Positions 24,963 through 40,659 are shown, counted from the stretch's first letter. The stretch: 64,000 nt of DNA from Octopus sinensis (GCF_006345805.1 NC_043000.1:27838001-27902000); one strand, 5' to 3'. Notes: generated from the sequence alone by a model not told the origin. Program-made: numbers and translations.

Positions 24963-25497
24963 CAGACAAATAGATAAGTGATATATTGAATAGCTTCTTA
25001 CAGCTATTATGCTTTTGAGTAATTTATCTTTGTAGTAATTTAATGAAACGCATGTAAAATTTTAATATGTATAACAAAACAATGAACCGCTGCTAAACGT
25101 TAGATAAACAAGTGCTTGAAATAATAAATTTTTGCAGAATCACCATGATTTAAATTTAATTAATTAGTCGAGAATTGAGTGCTATATTCCCCGGGCAGCG
25201 CCAAGTATCTTTCTATTGTTATTGAATATTGAATATGTTCATTATATCTAGGTGGTTATACATATAAATAGTCTCACAGGTATAACGTTTTTGAGTTCAG
25301 ATTTCATTTAAAGTGTAACATAACAAAGTAACGCACAGTAATGTAATTTTTATTCATGAATTAAATAATGACAATTAATTTAGTATATATAAATATTTTA
25401 TCACCGTCAAAGAACAGTAAAATTTAAATATGGTCTTAATGTTAATAAGAAATGTTAACTGAACACAGACATATAAGCAGAAAGGTACGTAAATACA

Positions 25498-25580
25498 CAG
25501 TAATCCCTTGACTATCGCGGGTGTTACGTTCGAGAACACCTCGCGATAGGTGAAAATCCGTGAAGTAGAAATAGTACTGT
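25498..25580 (+). mobile_element. pogo/Tigger-like MITE end
   Basis: cagtaatcccttgactatcgcggg..cgcgata TIR-like sequence; partner end not found. Confidence 0.4.
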
Positions 25581-25689
25581 GCGGAAACCTAGGTCACCGG
25601 GTTCAGTTCGTCGATTTGGCTGTTTTATATAATACTATATGTAAGTCCTACTAAATGTGTCTCTTTCGTTTGTTCACTCATGCGTCTGT

Positions 25690-25762
<73 letters not shown>

Positions 25763-26590
25763 GTGTGTGTGTGTGTGTGTGTATATATATATGTATATAT
25801 ATATGTATATATATACAATTTTAAAATCTTTATAAGAATTTAGCAAGTAGTTAGCGTGAAAAACCTCATAAGAGAAAAATTCCACCAATTTTTTCACTTA
25901 AATATATTTATTTATATTATATAGAGGCATTACTATACATAAATGGCACACGCTAGGAGGGACTCTTAAAGTCAAAACTATCAAAATAAATAAACACATC
26001 ATACCGAATGCAACTCTCGAAGCAGCTCATTTAAAAACGGAATTTAATTGCAGATCACCGTGATTTCATAATTAGTGCAGTAATGCACTTTTTAGTCATC
26101 AGTGCAAGCATAATTCAAGACTTATAACGAATGAACAAAATCAACATGCCAGACGAACAACCAATGTATCCAACGTAGCATATAGAAATGTTCACCCTTT
26201 ATACATCTATGTAAATGGCGGGCTTGTTTTCTTATTTTGATATACTTATTAACCTCTTATCCCTTATAAATTATTTTTCTTTTTCTTAAATAGATATTTT
26301 TCAGTTACTTAACTCTATGCGAGATATTTATACTATATCCATACAAATGTATAGCTATTTTCGTATGTGTATATATACATATATGCAAAAATATAAATGT
26401 GTGTATCTGTACTCATCTTTACATTTTTCTGATTGATGGTTTAAAATTAATAGATAACATTTATATCTTTCCAGTTATTCCATAAGTAAATCCCCTGAGC
26501 AGTCTTTATAGAAACCACCTAGTAAATAATTAAGTAGACCAATGAGTATTAAAATGGTTCTATGAAATCTTCCTTTTTAATGTTTATAAT

Positions 26591-26638
<48 letters not shown>

Positions 26639-27217
26639 CTTTTACCTATTTTGGTTATGATGTCATTTCCGAAATTCTTAAATTTTATTTTTATAAAACT
26701 TAACAATATTGTTTATAAACAATTACCCATAGCGCCCCTAAATAAAATTTTCTCGATATCATCATCTTAGATTTCTCAGTGTCTTGCCCATTTAACTGGT
26801 GATTAGCATCATGATTTAAAGTCTACCACTACCCGCCACTTTTTATAGACAGTTACTTATATCCAACTGAATGCCCCTAATGAATTATTTCTTCCCTAAG
26901 GAATATGGATACATATTTTAATATTTATGACCGTACCTAACCATGAATTGTCAATTCACTCTTGTCCTTTATTCAAAATAGACACAGTCTTCTAGACTTA
27001 GATTTAGTAGTTGATATAGAGATAAATGAATTAGAAATGAATTACAATCCCTTACAACCCTATGACCCCTCTATACTCTATGCGATTCTTAGAAGTGTAG
27101 TATGTTCTTAGCTACAATAGCGACAATATGAATTTCTTCCATATTCTTGCTCTGTTAAAATATTTGAGAAAAATTGCATTAATGCGTCCTACTTGTTAAA
27201 TTTACATTTATTTATTT

Positions 27218-27304
27218 ATGCAGCTGAAGATGGCACTACATTTAAATGATGTAATTATTGCAATCGTCAATTAAATGGAGCCACTTGAAACGGTCATACT
27301 GCAT
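27218..27304 (+). ncRNA. Type I hammerhead with long stem II at the end of a decayed PLE-like 3' remnant (~26640-27335)
   Basis: atgcag CTGAAGA tggc..gccactt GAAA cggtca TA ctgcat; ~30-nt tail then (TA)n. Confidence 0.75.
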
Positions 27305-27333
27305 CACTACTTGATATCCTGTTGCTTATTTTG

Positions 27334-27393
<60 letters not shown>

Positions 27394-30300
27394 TATGTGT
27401 GTGTATACGTCTATCCAATACCTCAACTGATTGATTCTTCCATCTACCACAATCTCGCACACTGTATTGGTCAACCTTGAACATTTTGAACGTGTAGTTT
27501 GTACTCGTTACCAATATAAGCCACCGCTAACTCTCTGTGATTCCATTGCTTCAATTCGATACTGGAATCTAAATTTAGCTTCTCCCATTTTTTAAGAAGA
27601 CAAAGGACCGATTTTAATGTATAGTTTGAAATTAAACTTACATGAAACGTTTTTTTTTAAAGTTCTAACATGTTATTTATCTTGCTACATTTACTAAATA
27701 TGTGATATATGTAATACGCGAGGAACAATACATCTAACATTTAACAACCCTAACATGTAAACAGAAAGGAAAGGGATGCTCAAGATGATTTCTAGAACAG
27801 ACAGATTTAGCAGCCTTTTGCCCCCTCGTGTCACAGCCCGTAACCTTTTAAGAGATATATAGCCGCAAGTTACAATATAAAAGTAGAAATACCATGACAG
27901 AATTGCCGCATTTGAAATACATTTGATCATAAGTTTTACTCGGACTAGACTGATTAGCGACTAATAGTAATAATAGTAATATTCTACTTGATAATATTAC
28001 AAAATTGTCCTCATTATCCTAACAATAATAATTGACATTAATATAACATTTAACATATCCTTTAAAAAATACTAATAATGATATTTAGCCTCCCACGTAC
28101 AATGATTATTGTGACCATGAGCCCACGATTTCAAATTCATTGTCCTATCCTTCCGATTAAAATTTAATGTTCATTAACCCATTTTCTATTTTCATAATTC
28201 TATTTCCACACGTTCGACACTCCTAAATTCAATTTCTGATTTATCTCAAATGTTAATAAAAATTTTAAATTACTCAGTCTTTGTACGTTTGCATTTGTGT
28301 CTGTATCTGTGTTTGTCTATCTGTGTTCTTGTGTGTATGTGTGTGTTTATTTGTGTATGCGTATTAGTGTGTTTGTGTGTGTGTATTAGTGCGTGTGTGT
28401 GTGTGTATTTGTGTATGTGTATTAGTGTGTCTGTGTGTGTGTGTATTTGTGTATGTCTATGCTCGTGTGCGCGCGCGTGTGTTTGTGCCTTCTTGTCCCA
28501 CGGGTTTAATAATAATTTTTGTAGCCGGAAATATAAATTCCTGAATGTCAATTATTCTTTATAAAATAAAGCAAATAAAGCAACAATAACAAAAAAAGAG
28601 AACAACAATTGCATTCTAGTAACACTTCCATATTTTAATACATTAACAACTAGAGAAACTTTAGCAAGAAATCGATGTGAGAAAATCTCTCAGCCTTGAA
28701 TTCCAGCTCTGACTTCGTAGACAGAGACTAATCAAGTGTCAATAATAAAAGGCTCGATATTTCCCCAACAAATTTCTGCTTTTCCTTATCTTGCGTTAAC
28801 ACTTAGCCTGTTAACGTCACCTATACACATTCGTTCACCCGAAACTGCCATTGACAGGCGTGTATAAACAGCAGTGGCAACACCCTTGCTAATGGACACA
28901 TCTCTTATTTGATTTAGCCAACTTAGAACAACTTTTGTGTAAGCAACTTAGCACAATGGGCGACAGGACGGAATGGATGGTGGAGAAACGAGTGTGCTAG
29001 ATACGTGTGAGGTTATTGTCTACAATTTCACGTCGTGACTCACTACGATCAATGCTTGGTTTCAATTGCAAGGCACTGAATATAATTGAATGGTTGATTT
29101 CCTTGTTTTCTAGACAGGTTCAACTGGCGTCAGCAGATTTAGCAACGATTTTCTTTTCAGAGCCTTGGCTTGGAAAGTTCAAAATATTTCTTGACATAAG
29201 TGTCAACTAGTTACCAAATCAAATCCCACACCTCCCTTCTGTCCTCAATTCTTTCTTTATATTTTTCACATTCCTTCAAGCACTTTTATCACATCCACAT
29301 TTTTATTAATTTTGTTTTTTAGTTATTACTGTTTTATTTTTCTACTTTCGTTTTTACATTTCCTACTTTCGTTTTTACATTTTCTCTTTCTCTCCCTTTC
29401 TGTCTCTATTTTATTATAGCTTGCAACATAAACTCTTTTCTCCCATTTCATTCCATCATACAAATTTATCCTCTCACCCCTTCTCCCTTCTTTTTCTCAC
29501 ACCCTTCTCCAATAATTTGTTCTCTTCTTTTTTTTTTAAACCGGCCTCAGTAGAACGGAGCCTATTCTACGACTTTCCATCATTATTTTCTTTCTCAGCT
29601 GCATCTCCCCTTATTGTCTTTTTATAGCTTATATTCTGAAATTGTTGCTTCTCCTCATTCTCGTTCTCCTTATTCAATCTTTGTCTTCTCCTTCACTGAG
29701 AATATATTGAATGGCATCAGCAATATAATGAAAGAATAGAAGATTTTCGTCGAAAACGTCTTGAAAGACAATAAGTTGAAATAAAATAGAATTTGAAATT
29801 CTCTTAAATTTCTGCAACATAATAGTGAATATAATATTTATTGCTGCAAGAAAACTATTTCATTAATAATAATAACTAATTCTAATAAACAAATATCAAC
29901 GATATGTAAGACAACATTCACATACACGTGACTATTCTAACAAATGATATGTAGCTGGGCAGAGACTTTAACTATCGATATACAGCGCGTAGAAGTAAAT
30001 ATTCATAAGCTGCAAATACCCTTTCTTAAATTTTGCGATCATTAATGTAGATCTAATTATATATTTTTATTGTTTATTACGAATAGAGATGAGATATATA
30101 TGTGACTTTAATAAAGTTAGTACTCATCTGGGGCCACCGCATAGTGAGGTTACTATAGGCCGCTGAAAACACTGTGGTTTCTATCTATTCACTAAGATAT
30201 ATTGTATCGGTTTACTAGCTGTGTATGTCATAATAAGTTCAATTCATTCTGGTTTGTAATGTTAGCTCAGTCTTATTAATGCAAGAATGTATCTTCAAAT

Positions 30301-30642
30301 CTATAGAACTGAATCCTCTTTAAGACACCCGATTCTTTCTGAAAATAACTGCTACAACAGGAACAATACTTTAGAGTCGGTATTTGCTGACTCAGAGCAT
30401 TAAATACTAAAATACACAAGAGGCATAAAGCAAAGATTTTCGTACTTAATAACAAATGGTTCAACTGAGTGGCGGCGAGGAGACGGTAAAAACAGTTTTA
30501 GGATAAAGCCGTAAGTAATCGGATAGTTCAAATGAAGGAACGAGTTATATCTGCAAAGAAAGGATTAGAAACCCAGTTCGAGTATGGAGAAATCTTCTAT
30601 TATATATTTTGTTTTATTAAATTCCATTTTGATTTACAAATA

Positions 30643-30699
<57 letters not shown>

Positions 30700-30749
30700 C
30701 GTGTGTGTGTGTGTGTGTGTGTACATATATATGGTGGGGGTATTTAATA

Positions 30750-31183
30750 AGAGCAAGAGTGGCTGTGTGGTAAGAAGTATGCTTCCCAGCCGCATGGTTC
30801 TGGGTTCAGTCCCACTGCGTGGCATCTTGGGCAAGTATCTTCTGCCATTGCCTCGGTTCGACCAAAGCTTTGTGAATGGATTTGGTGGACGGGAACAGAA
30901 AGAAGCCCGTCTCATATATATATGTATGTATGTCTGTGTGTGCGCGTGTATGTGTGTGCATGTATTTATGTGTCTGTGTTTGTTCCCCCACAATCACTTG
31001 ACAATCGATGATGGTGTGTATACTTCGCCGTAACTTAGCAGTTCCTCCAATAGAACTCGATAGAATAAGTAGTAGGCTTACAAAGAATAAGGCTTAGGTT
31101 CGATTTGTTCGACTAAAGGCGGTGCTCTGGCATGGCCACGGTCAAACGAATGAAACAAGTAAAAGAATAAAAGAATAAAAGAA
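30750..31183 (+). mobile_element. tRNA-derived SINE (family B)
   Basis: gtggctgtgtggtaag..gggttcagtccc head, internal microsatellite, (aaaagaat)n tail. Confidence 0.85.
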
Positions 31184-31189
31184 TAGATC

Positions 31190-31222
<33 letters not shown>

Positions 31223-31478
31223 TTAGATACACAGACACTCCCACAAACTCCTTTATATAATACGATGGAATATAAGCTAGAGCAAAATAAATTGAAGTAT
31301 GATATAATATATTACGGAAACCTATCTAAGTAAGATACAAGAAACTTAATTATCTAATATGTTTAATATGGAATGAAATAAGATTGGCGTATAGATATCA
31401 TTTTGATAATTTATTTTGAGCTACATGTTAGTCGCAGGAGGTTGTTTTGTTTGTTATACATAATAATAAAATAATAAA

Positions 31479-31728
31479 TGCGCCCTTTTAAAGACTAGCC
31501 AGGCTCATGGGTTCGGTTTCCCGGTTCCAATGGCGTACGTGTTCCCCAGGTGGACGGGACGCCAGTCCATCGCAACGTTACTCATTTTTGCCAGCTGAGT
31601 GGACTGGAGTAACTTGAAATGAAGTGCTTTTGCTCAAGAACACAACGCATCGCTCGGTCCAGGAATCGAAACCACAATCTTACGATCATGATGCTTGAAA
31701 CCCTAACAACTAGGCCACGCGCCTCCAC
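31479..31728 (-). mobile_element. tRNA-derived SINE (family C), V-domain-like body
   Basis: A/B boxes tggcctagttg and ggtttcgattcc; gcgatggactggcgtcccgtcca. Confidence 0.7.
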
Positions 31729-31980
31729 AAAAACAAACTAGTTACTCTATCTATTGGGAATTAATTATTACGAGTAAAACTCATCGTATAGGGAGAAAAT
31801 AGATTCGACCTATGCGTAGAGGAGGTTCACCAAATATTTACAACAAAACATACATTAATTAATACAAGACACGGACAAGGCCTTAGATGTTTACACAAGC
31901 ATGGTTACACCTTTAAGAGATATAAAGATAATTCTAGATATCTAACACCGCAGTAACAATTGGGCTTTATATGATAAATA

Positions 31981-32211
31981 TATTTCTTTATTGCCCACAG
32001 TGGGCTAAACATAGAGGGGACAAACAAGGACAGACAAATGGATTAAGTCGATTACATCGATCCCAGTGCGCAACTGGTACTTAATTTATCGGCCCCGAAA
32101 GGATGAACGGCAAAGTCGACCTCAGCGGAATTTGAATTCAGAACGTAGCGACAGACGAAATACCGCTAAGCATTTCGCCCGGCGCTCTAACGTGTCTGCC
32201 AGCTCGCCGCC
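31981..32211 (-). mobile_element. tRNA-derived SINE (family A)
   Basis: Reverse complement of the 20039 copy. Confidence 0.85.
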
Positions 32212-32811
32212 TTATTGATATAATAAATAGGACAAACCCCCATTACTCTACCCTATGTATAGCACAGATCATGAGCAGCCTAACCTCCAAAAATTAATAT
32301 AAGCAAGCAAGAACCATTCAATACAAGCTCTACACTCGAAATCAAAAGTAACACACGGAACCATGAAAACAAACGATCTTACAAACGCAACAATCGCGAC
32401 CATAACGTATTTTAAGACCAAGTTCTTACTGTGACTGGGATGAAGTTGAGATCAACAGCACGTACTTATAAATAACAGCGCTCCTACCTTCCAGTGGACG
32501 CTGGAAAAAGTATAAGTATTTGTGAAGGAAATCTAATTCTCGCCGACAACTATGATTGTCACACGCTGACGAGAGGTCAATACCTCGAAACTCGAGTCCG
32601 TGTGTATCGTAAGTTGAAGACGGGAAGGATGACTTCCCTTTGCAAATACTGACAGGACACAGAAAGTGTGTCTATGGCCAGCTGGAGGAGTGTGTCCTCC
32701 TGGGGCTAAAAACTACAGTAGCATCCACCCTTAGGGGTAGCCATATTGAGATGGCAAATATACGTCACGATGTGTTACCGCTACTGTATATAACTCACTT
32801 TGATATTTATC

Positions 32812-32864
<53 letters not shown>

Positions 32865-32962
32865 GTACATATAAGCTTGATGTCCACTAAGTGGACATCC
32901 ACTATGCTAGATGTAGACATCATATAGCCTGATCACTAAGAAAAGATTGTTCTCAAGAAAAT

Positions 32963-33034
<72 letters not shown>

Positions 33035-33049
33035 CATATACGTATATAT

Positions 33050-33458
33050 CCGCACGAGTGGCTGTGTGGTATGTAGCTTGCTTTCCAGACGCAGTTCTAC
33101 TGCGTGTGGCGCCTTGAGCAACTGTCTTCTCTATAGCCTCGTGCCGACCCAAATCTTGTGAGTGGATTTGGTAGACGGAAACCGAAAGAAAGTCGCCGTA
33201 TATATCTTATATATATATATGTATGTATGTATGTGTATGTATGTATGTATGCATGTATGTTTGTGCCTGTTCGTCCTCCCAAGATTGCTTGACAAACAAT
33301 GCTGGTGTGTTTACGTCATCGTAACTTAACGGTTCGGCAAAAGAGACCGATAGAATAAGTACTTGGCTTACAAAGAATAAGTCCTGGGATCGATCTGTTC
33401 AACTAAAAGCGGTGCTCCAGCATGGCCGCAGTCAAATGACTGAGACAAATAAAAGAAT
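33050..33458 (+). mobile_element. tRNA-derived SINE (family B)
   Basis: Homologous to the 30750 and 36663 copies. Confidence 0.85.
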
Positions 33459-33471
33459 ATTTTTATATGAT

Positions 33472-33504
<33 letters not shown>

Positions 33505-34804
33505 CAGACATAGAGACGGACAGCTGGACAGACGGACAGACAGACCGACAGGCAGATAGATAGGTGTGTAGGATTCGGAAACACATCTGAGACTTTCAAC
33601 CAATTTTAGTCTATTTTTTTTACATTTTATTAAAATATAATTTTTTGAATAAAGTTTTAAAATAAGTGAATGCTCACGAAAAAATTTCAGAGCACTAAAA
33701 CGTGCTCAAAAATAAAATGCTAATAAGGTTTCATAGCAAGGTAGCAGAATGAACTTCAAGTTTCACAGCTTTACGAAATCATCATAAAAGTTCAAATGTT
33801 CGATAAATTTCATTTGAGTAATACATGATAAAAGTTTGTACGTTCAGAAAGTTTCATAGTAATAAATTATATTAGCAGTTGGTCATGATGAAAATTTTAA
33901 GGTATCAGAATTCTTTTTTTTTTTTCCTTTTACAAGCTCTGTCCTGCTGTCTGAGACAGAATATTTTCTTTGTTTTATTTCTTTCAATGTTCGAGCAATT
34001 TTTAAATTTACATGTTAGATTTTTTATTTACAATTGGAAAGGAAAAAAAATCAAGCAAATAAATATACAGTTACGATATTTTGATAAATTAAAACACATA
34101 TTCTTTGAATTTGAACTTGCTTGCGGATCCAGACACATTTTCATTCTCGAAACTAATTAATTTCATTCCGACGACTGGGGTAATGAAAATCTGTTTTTCA
34201 TACACACACACACACCACACACAAACACATATGTATATATATTAATATTTTATGCATGTATATATGTATATACACATATATAAAGAGTTATTAGTACAGA
34301 ATTATCAATTCGGGCAAAATACTTCTTAAACTTTTTGTTAATACAAATACAACAGGCTAACAAAAAGATTTTTGATTGGTAGAACTCCAGGTAATTCTAA
34401 TACAAGAATCGGAATCGAATTCAATTGCAACCGACTTTATAAATTTGTGGTTGCATTGGCAAGTTGATTTGGTTTTCTTTCATAGAGTGACGTGCAATTA
34501 AAAGCATAAATAATGGGCTTTATGCCTATGTTTATTTGTGCATTGTATCCTTACAACTTCTGATATTCACTTTAGGTGCATTCATGGCCCCATAAAATCA
34601 ATCGGTCGATTCAAGGATCGTAAAGAATTGAACGGTCAAAAGAAACATGCCATCGTCTTCGGGGTCAGCACAGGAAGTGCCAAAGAAAGTGCAAACACAC
34701 TAATAAAAATATGGAAAAAGGAGCGAAGAGAGACCATAGTAAGAGTTGTTTTTTACCGTGGTCGAAGAGTATCAACACAGGGTAATGATATTTGATACCC
34801 ACAA

Positions 34805-35390
34805 GGCGGCAAGCTGGCAGAAACGTTAGCACGTCGGGAGTAATGTTTAACAGTATTTCGTCTGCCGCTACGTTCTGAGTTCAAATTCCGCCAACGTCCA
34901 CTTTGCTTTTCACCCTTTCGGGGTCGATTAAATAAGTACCAGTTACGCACTGGGGACGATTTAATCGACTTAATCCCTTTGCCTGTTCTTGTTTGTCCTC
35001 TCTGTGTTTAGACCCTTGTGGGTAGTAAAGAAATAGGTATTTCGTCTGCCGCTACGTTCTGAGTTCAAATTCCACCGAGGTAGACTTTGCCTTTCATGCT
35101 TTTAGGGTCGATTACTTATTAAGTACCAGTTACGCACTGACGTCAATGTAATCGACTTAATCCGTTTGTCTGTCCTCGTTTGTCTCTTCTGTGTTTAGTC
35201 CTTTGTGGGTTGTAAAGAAATAGGTATTTCGTCTGTCTTTACATTCTGAGTTTAAATTCCACCGAGGTCGACTTTGCTTTTCATCCTTTGGGGGGTCGAT
35301 GAATTAAGTACCATTTGCGTACTGGGGTTGATCTAATCGACTGGCCTCCTACCCGGAAATTTCGGGCCTTGTACCTAGAGTAGAAAGGAA
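34805..35390 (+). mobile_element. Trimeric family A SINE with 15-bp TSD
   Basis: One head plus three bodies starting gtatttcgtctg; atatttgatacccac at 34788-34802 and 35390-35404. Confidence 0.85.
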
Positions 35391-36662
35391 TATTTGATAC
35401 CCACCAACTTCTCTAGTGGTTATCTTTTGGTGAAATATCTAGTTCACAGTTGTTCTAGTGTGGTACTTTTTACGATGTAAATGTCTAAGCTAGCTTAGTT
35501 TTCATAGTTATTTTAAATGTCTAGCACGGAATTTATACCGCACTTATAAAATAAAATAAAGGAGTCAAAAAGTTAAAAAATGAGACGTTAGGAAAATTCA
35601 ACCCAAGTACAATAAAGTAAATTAAAATGATAAAGTATACAAGAAAAGAGATAAGAAAGTAAAAACATAGATAATACAAAAACTTAAATCGACCGTGGTA
35701 AAATAAAACAACATGAAGCAAAGAGAATAAAATGAAGTAAAATAAACAGGTTAAACTACCGTCAAGAAGGGGGCATAATAAGATACATTAAATTAAAATA
35801 CAATGAGGTATGGATCATAAATCAATGCAGCGCGAAGTAACATGTAAATTGCCGTGGTATAATAATGTGATTGTTATGTGCAAATAAATCATATCAAAGA
35901 AGTGTAGTTTAAGTTAGTTGAACTATGTTTTTGACATATTTCAACTGCGAAAAGATAAATTTACTGCAGGTACTATGTAGAAAAATTCTCGTTTATGTTA
36001 AAAAGGTGTAGAAACAACATATCTGTCGAGTAACGTCCCCTGTCAGGATTCCAAGACATCGATGTTACTAGCGCTTTGGCCGTTATCAATAGAAAATACC
36101 TGAGAGAGGCAACTCTGGGCAGACCTTATCAAAGCATAGCTTTAACTAAAATGCAATCAACAACCTTGACTGATTTGCGTCAGTAGACGGTAACAGAAGC
36201 TAATTTGCCTTTTAATGGTTGAAATGTGTCGGATTAGAATATATAAACTCTTAGCAAATAAGGTCATATTTGAAAAACATGAAAAATTTTACTACGCGGC
36301 CCTGGCGGGTACAGGTTACTGATTCTGTTACGAATCACGTAGCAATCTTATTTATTTATATTTCGCCTTATACTTTTTAACTTACTTTTCCATTTTTAAT
36401 TTCGTTATATTTTAAATATTTTATATTTAAAATAACGTATAAGTATATAAGTGCGTATGTACATCTATTTGTTGTGCATATATGCACGTATATGTAAGTT
36501 TCTATGACAATGCATCTGCGCGTGCACACACACGCACATACACACACATACACAAGCATATATATTAGTTGTTTCTGTGTTTATTTACTTACTAAGTACA
36601 TAGTGAAAAACGTATATATATGCGTGCGCGTGCATGTGTGTGTTTGTGCGTGTGTGTACTGC

Positions 36663-36823
36663 GGCGTAGGAGTGTTTGTGTGGTAAGTAGCTTGCTTACC
36701 AACTACATGGTTCCGGGTTCAGTCGCACTGCCTGGCACCTCGAGCGTTTTCTACTATATCCTCGGGTCGACCAAAGCCTTGTGAGTGGATTTGGTAGACG
36801 GAAACTGAAAGAAGCCTGTCGTA

Positions 36824-36855
<32 letters not shown>

Positions 36856-36913
36856 GTTAATCCAAACAAGAAAGCACGAAAAAACACAACGCGATGACGT
36901 GGAACAAATATAG

Positions 36914-36993
<80 letters not shown>

Positions 36994-37225
36994 GTGTGTG
37001 TATATGTTTGTGTGTCTGTGTTTGTCCCTCCAGCATCGCTTGATAACCGATGCTGGTGTGTTTACGTCCCCGTAACTTAGCGGTTCGGCAAAAAAGACCG
37101 ATAGAATAAGTACTAGGCTTACAAAGAGTAAGTCCTGAGGTCGATTTGCTCGACTACAGGCGGTGCTCCAGCATGGCCACAGTCAAATGACTGAAACAAG
37201 TAAAAGTGTAAAAGAGTAAAAGAGT
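36663..37225 (+). mobile_element. tRNA-derived SINE (family B)
   Basis: Full head to gtaaaagagt tail, expanded internal (TA)n. Confidence 0.85.
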
Positions 37226-38122
37226 GATATTATTTTTATTTATTCATTTATTCACTTGTGTACCTTTAAACTTTATCCTGTTTAAAACTACGTTGGCCAG
37301 TCTTTTCCGTTTCCCTTTTCTCTCTGTCCAATTTTCGCACTCTTCTCCTGTTTTTCTATATCTTCTAAAATTGATCGCTTTCTGCTTCCTTTACTAAATT
37401 CTTATAAATTACCTCATCAAGTGTCTAACGACTTGTATTTGATCTCCCTAATAGAATTCCATAAAGTGTTCTCCTAATGATTCATCGCAGTCAGGAATCC
37501 AAATGCACTTTGACTATCAAGAATTGCGTCCCAATTAACTGCCATGGTGAAACGTACGTATGAACTAAATAGTTATACTGTTTAATTTCTGCAATACACA
37601 CACACACAAACACACAGACACACACACATATGTTTTTCATTATGTACTTACTAATATAACTGCAAACGTACATATATGGTGCGAAACAGATGTATATATA
37701 TATGTATGCATGTATATATATACATACATATACAGTTAGATAGACGGTAATATACAGAATTATGTATATGTATGCATATATGTATATACATATATGGATG
37801 GATACACTCATACATACGTATCTGCGTGTATGACTATATCAGTCAAAAGGCATGTAGTTTTTCATATCTAAAGATTGATTGATAAAAATGTGGAGCAGTT
37901 GATCATCCAAATAAAATAATCGTAAAATAATATAAAAAATAAGCATGAAAGTCTACATGTTAATCTTGTATTTAAACGCAAATAATTTTGGACGTGATTC
38001 TACGAATAGTTTATGTATAATTATATCGTTTCATATGTAAGTCGGTCTATACAGTTACACAACGAGTATATAATGAGCGTCTATGTGTGTATGGGTGTAT
38101 GTGTCTGTGTGCATTTATATAT

Positions 38123-38153
<31 letters not shown>

Positions 38154-38379
38154 AATATACGTGTGCGTATAAAAATACATGCATACGTGAATACATACGT
38201 GTGTGAGGTGTGTGTCTGTGTGTGTGCATGTATATATTTATGTGTGTGTATATATATATATGAATATATTATGTATTTTATATATGTATATAGATATACA
38301 CACGCACACACATACACACACATACGGATGTAAATATATATCTACGAACATATACACACGCGCGCGCATATATATACAT

Positions 38380-38459
<80 letters not shown>

Positions 38460-38564
38460 CATATATATATGCACATTATATATATATATATATATATATA
38501 TAGTGTGCATATTTAAATACATACATACGTAAATACATAAATGTCTGTGTGTGCATGTATATGT

Positions 38565-38631
<67 letters not shown>

Positions 38632-39542
38632 TGCGCATATGTAAATTCATATATATGTGTATATGCACATATTGATAGATTTCACAATATATTTGTACGT
38701 ATGAACATGCGTGTATGACATTGAAGCATATCTGTATATAAATTAAAGACAAATCTCTGGCTGGTTAGATGATATGTGTCTGAAGTAATTACTTGCAAAC
38801 GTCGATCGGTTGCTTTTAATCGCAAGCCATGCTAGCTTAAAAACCTCACACGAAAGTATTTGAGATATGAAGAGTAGGAAGTTAAATCAGACACTCTTGA
38901 ATCTTGAATGGAGAAAAACCAGAAATAATAGAGATATAGAGAAAAAGCAACACAGAGAGAAAGAGAGAAAGTGAGCGGGAAGCAAAGAGTTAGAAATAGT
39001 AATTGGAATAACGAGAAAGCGAAAGGCAGGTGAATGTGAGTTAAAGACATGAAAAGGATGGAGATAAATTGGGGAAAAAATAAACGTAGAAGTCGAAAAC
39101 GTCTCTAATAGATGGAAGACTGATTTCGTCTTAGAAGTGCTCCGGCAACCAGCTGTTGAGTGTTGTTAGTTTTTGAATTAATGGCACTGTGCCGATTGTG
39201 ACCCTTCCAACTACCATGTAACGAGCAATCACTAATGCAATACTATCACGTAACTGATCCAAGCAGAGATCTTCTGAACGCCTATTAATAAGCACAGTTA
39301 CCAAAATTCATGTTCGCTTTCTCTCTTCTGTTGGAAAGTTGCGAAGATACACGGAGAAAATTGGACTTATTTTAAAGGAAGTTGTATCCCGATGTCTGAA
39401 CGCGTTCATACACACAAACACACACACACACATACATACATACACATACATACATATATATATATATACGCACATATATATAGATATATATCTACGAACA
39501 TATACACACACACGCATATATATATATATGTGTGTATATATA

Positions 39543-39575
<33 letters not shown>

Positions 39576-39582
39576 TATATGC

Positions 39583-39662
<80 letters not shown>

Positions 39663-40019
39663 ATGTGTGTGTGTGTATGCATGCATAGAAACGTAAATAT
39701 ATATTCATACACATATCGATATATATATATATATATATGTATGTGTAGGAATTCATACAAGTGAGCGTGGGAGACAGAGGGAGGGAAAAAGATTGCTGTA
39801 AGTGCGGGGAGGGAGCTAAGGAAAGAGATATACAGAAGCAACTAGTCAGTTGTATACGCAATCATCGATGATATACAGCCAAGCATACGAAAGATAACTA
39901 GGAAGAAAAACTAGAAAATCACAACTTCTGTTAAAAATTACTGCCAAAAGATTCTCTAAATGTTTCAATTTCTAGAAGTTCCTACGTATATTAAATTACA
40001 TATTAGCATATATATATTC

Positions 40020-40050
<31 letters not shown>

Positions 40051-40093
40051 CATATATATATACATGTATATATATATACATACATACATATAT

Positions 40094-40128
<35 letters not shown>

Positions 40129-40253
40129 CACATATATATGTATATATATATATATATATACATACATATATGTATATATATATATATATATTTGTAAAAA
40201 ATGAAGTTCGAAAATGCTGCTGTATTATACAATTTTTAATTTTTATATATACA

Positions 40254-40295
40254 TTATAACATGTTTCAGTTCCTGAAATGAACCTTATCAAAAAA
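40254..40295 (-). ncRNA. Minimal hammerhead with U3-A8 variant core
   Basis: Minus strand: tttt TTGATAA ggttc atttcag gaact GAAA catg TT ataa. Confidence 0.55.
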
Positions 40296-40619
40296 AGTTA
40301 TATATAAAAAAAGACAGCTCATGCCGTCAAACACAAGAATTTCATTTATAATACACAACGGAGTCAGACATCTTAGAGTTCATGTATAGTTGATATATAG
40401 TTCATGTATAGTTGATATATAGTTTGAAGTATATGTTCAAAGTGTTCGATGCAGTGGCCCACGGTGGCGATACGTATTCAATACAAAAAACAGATCAAAG
40501 TTGTGGAAAGCGGTCAATACAGAAGATTGATGTTTCCGGAAGAGCGAGGAATTCATTTTTACCTTAAGCAATTGTGATGACCCATGGTGGATGTTCGCTA
40601 TATATATACATATATATGC

Positions 40620-40659
<40 letters not shown>

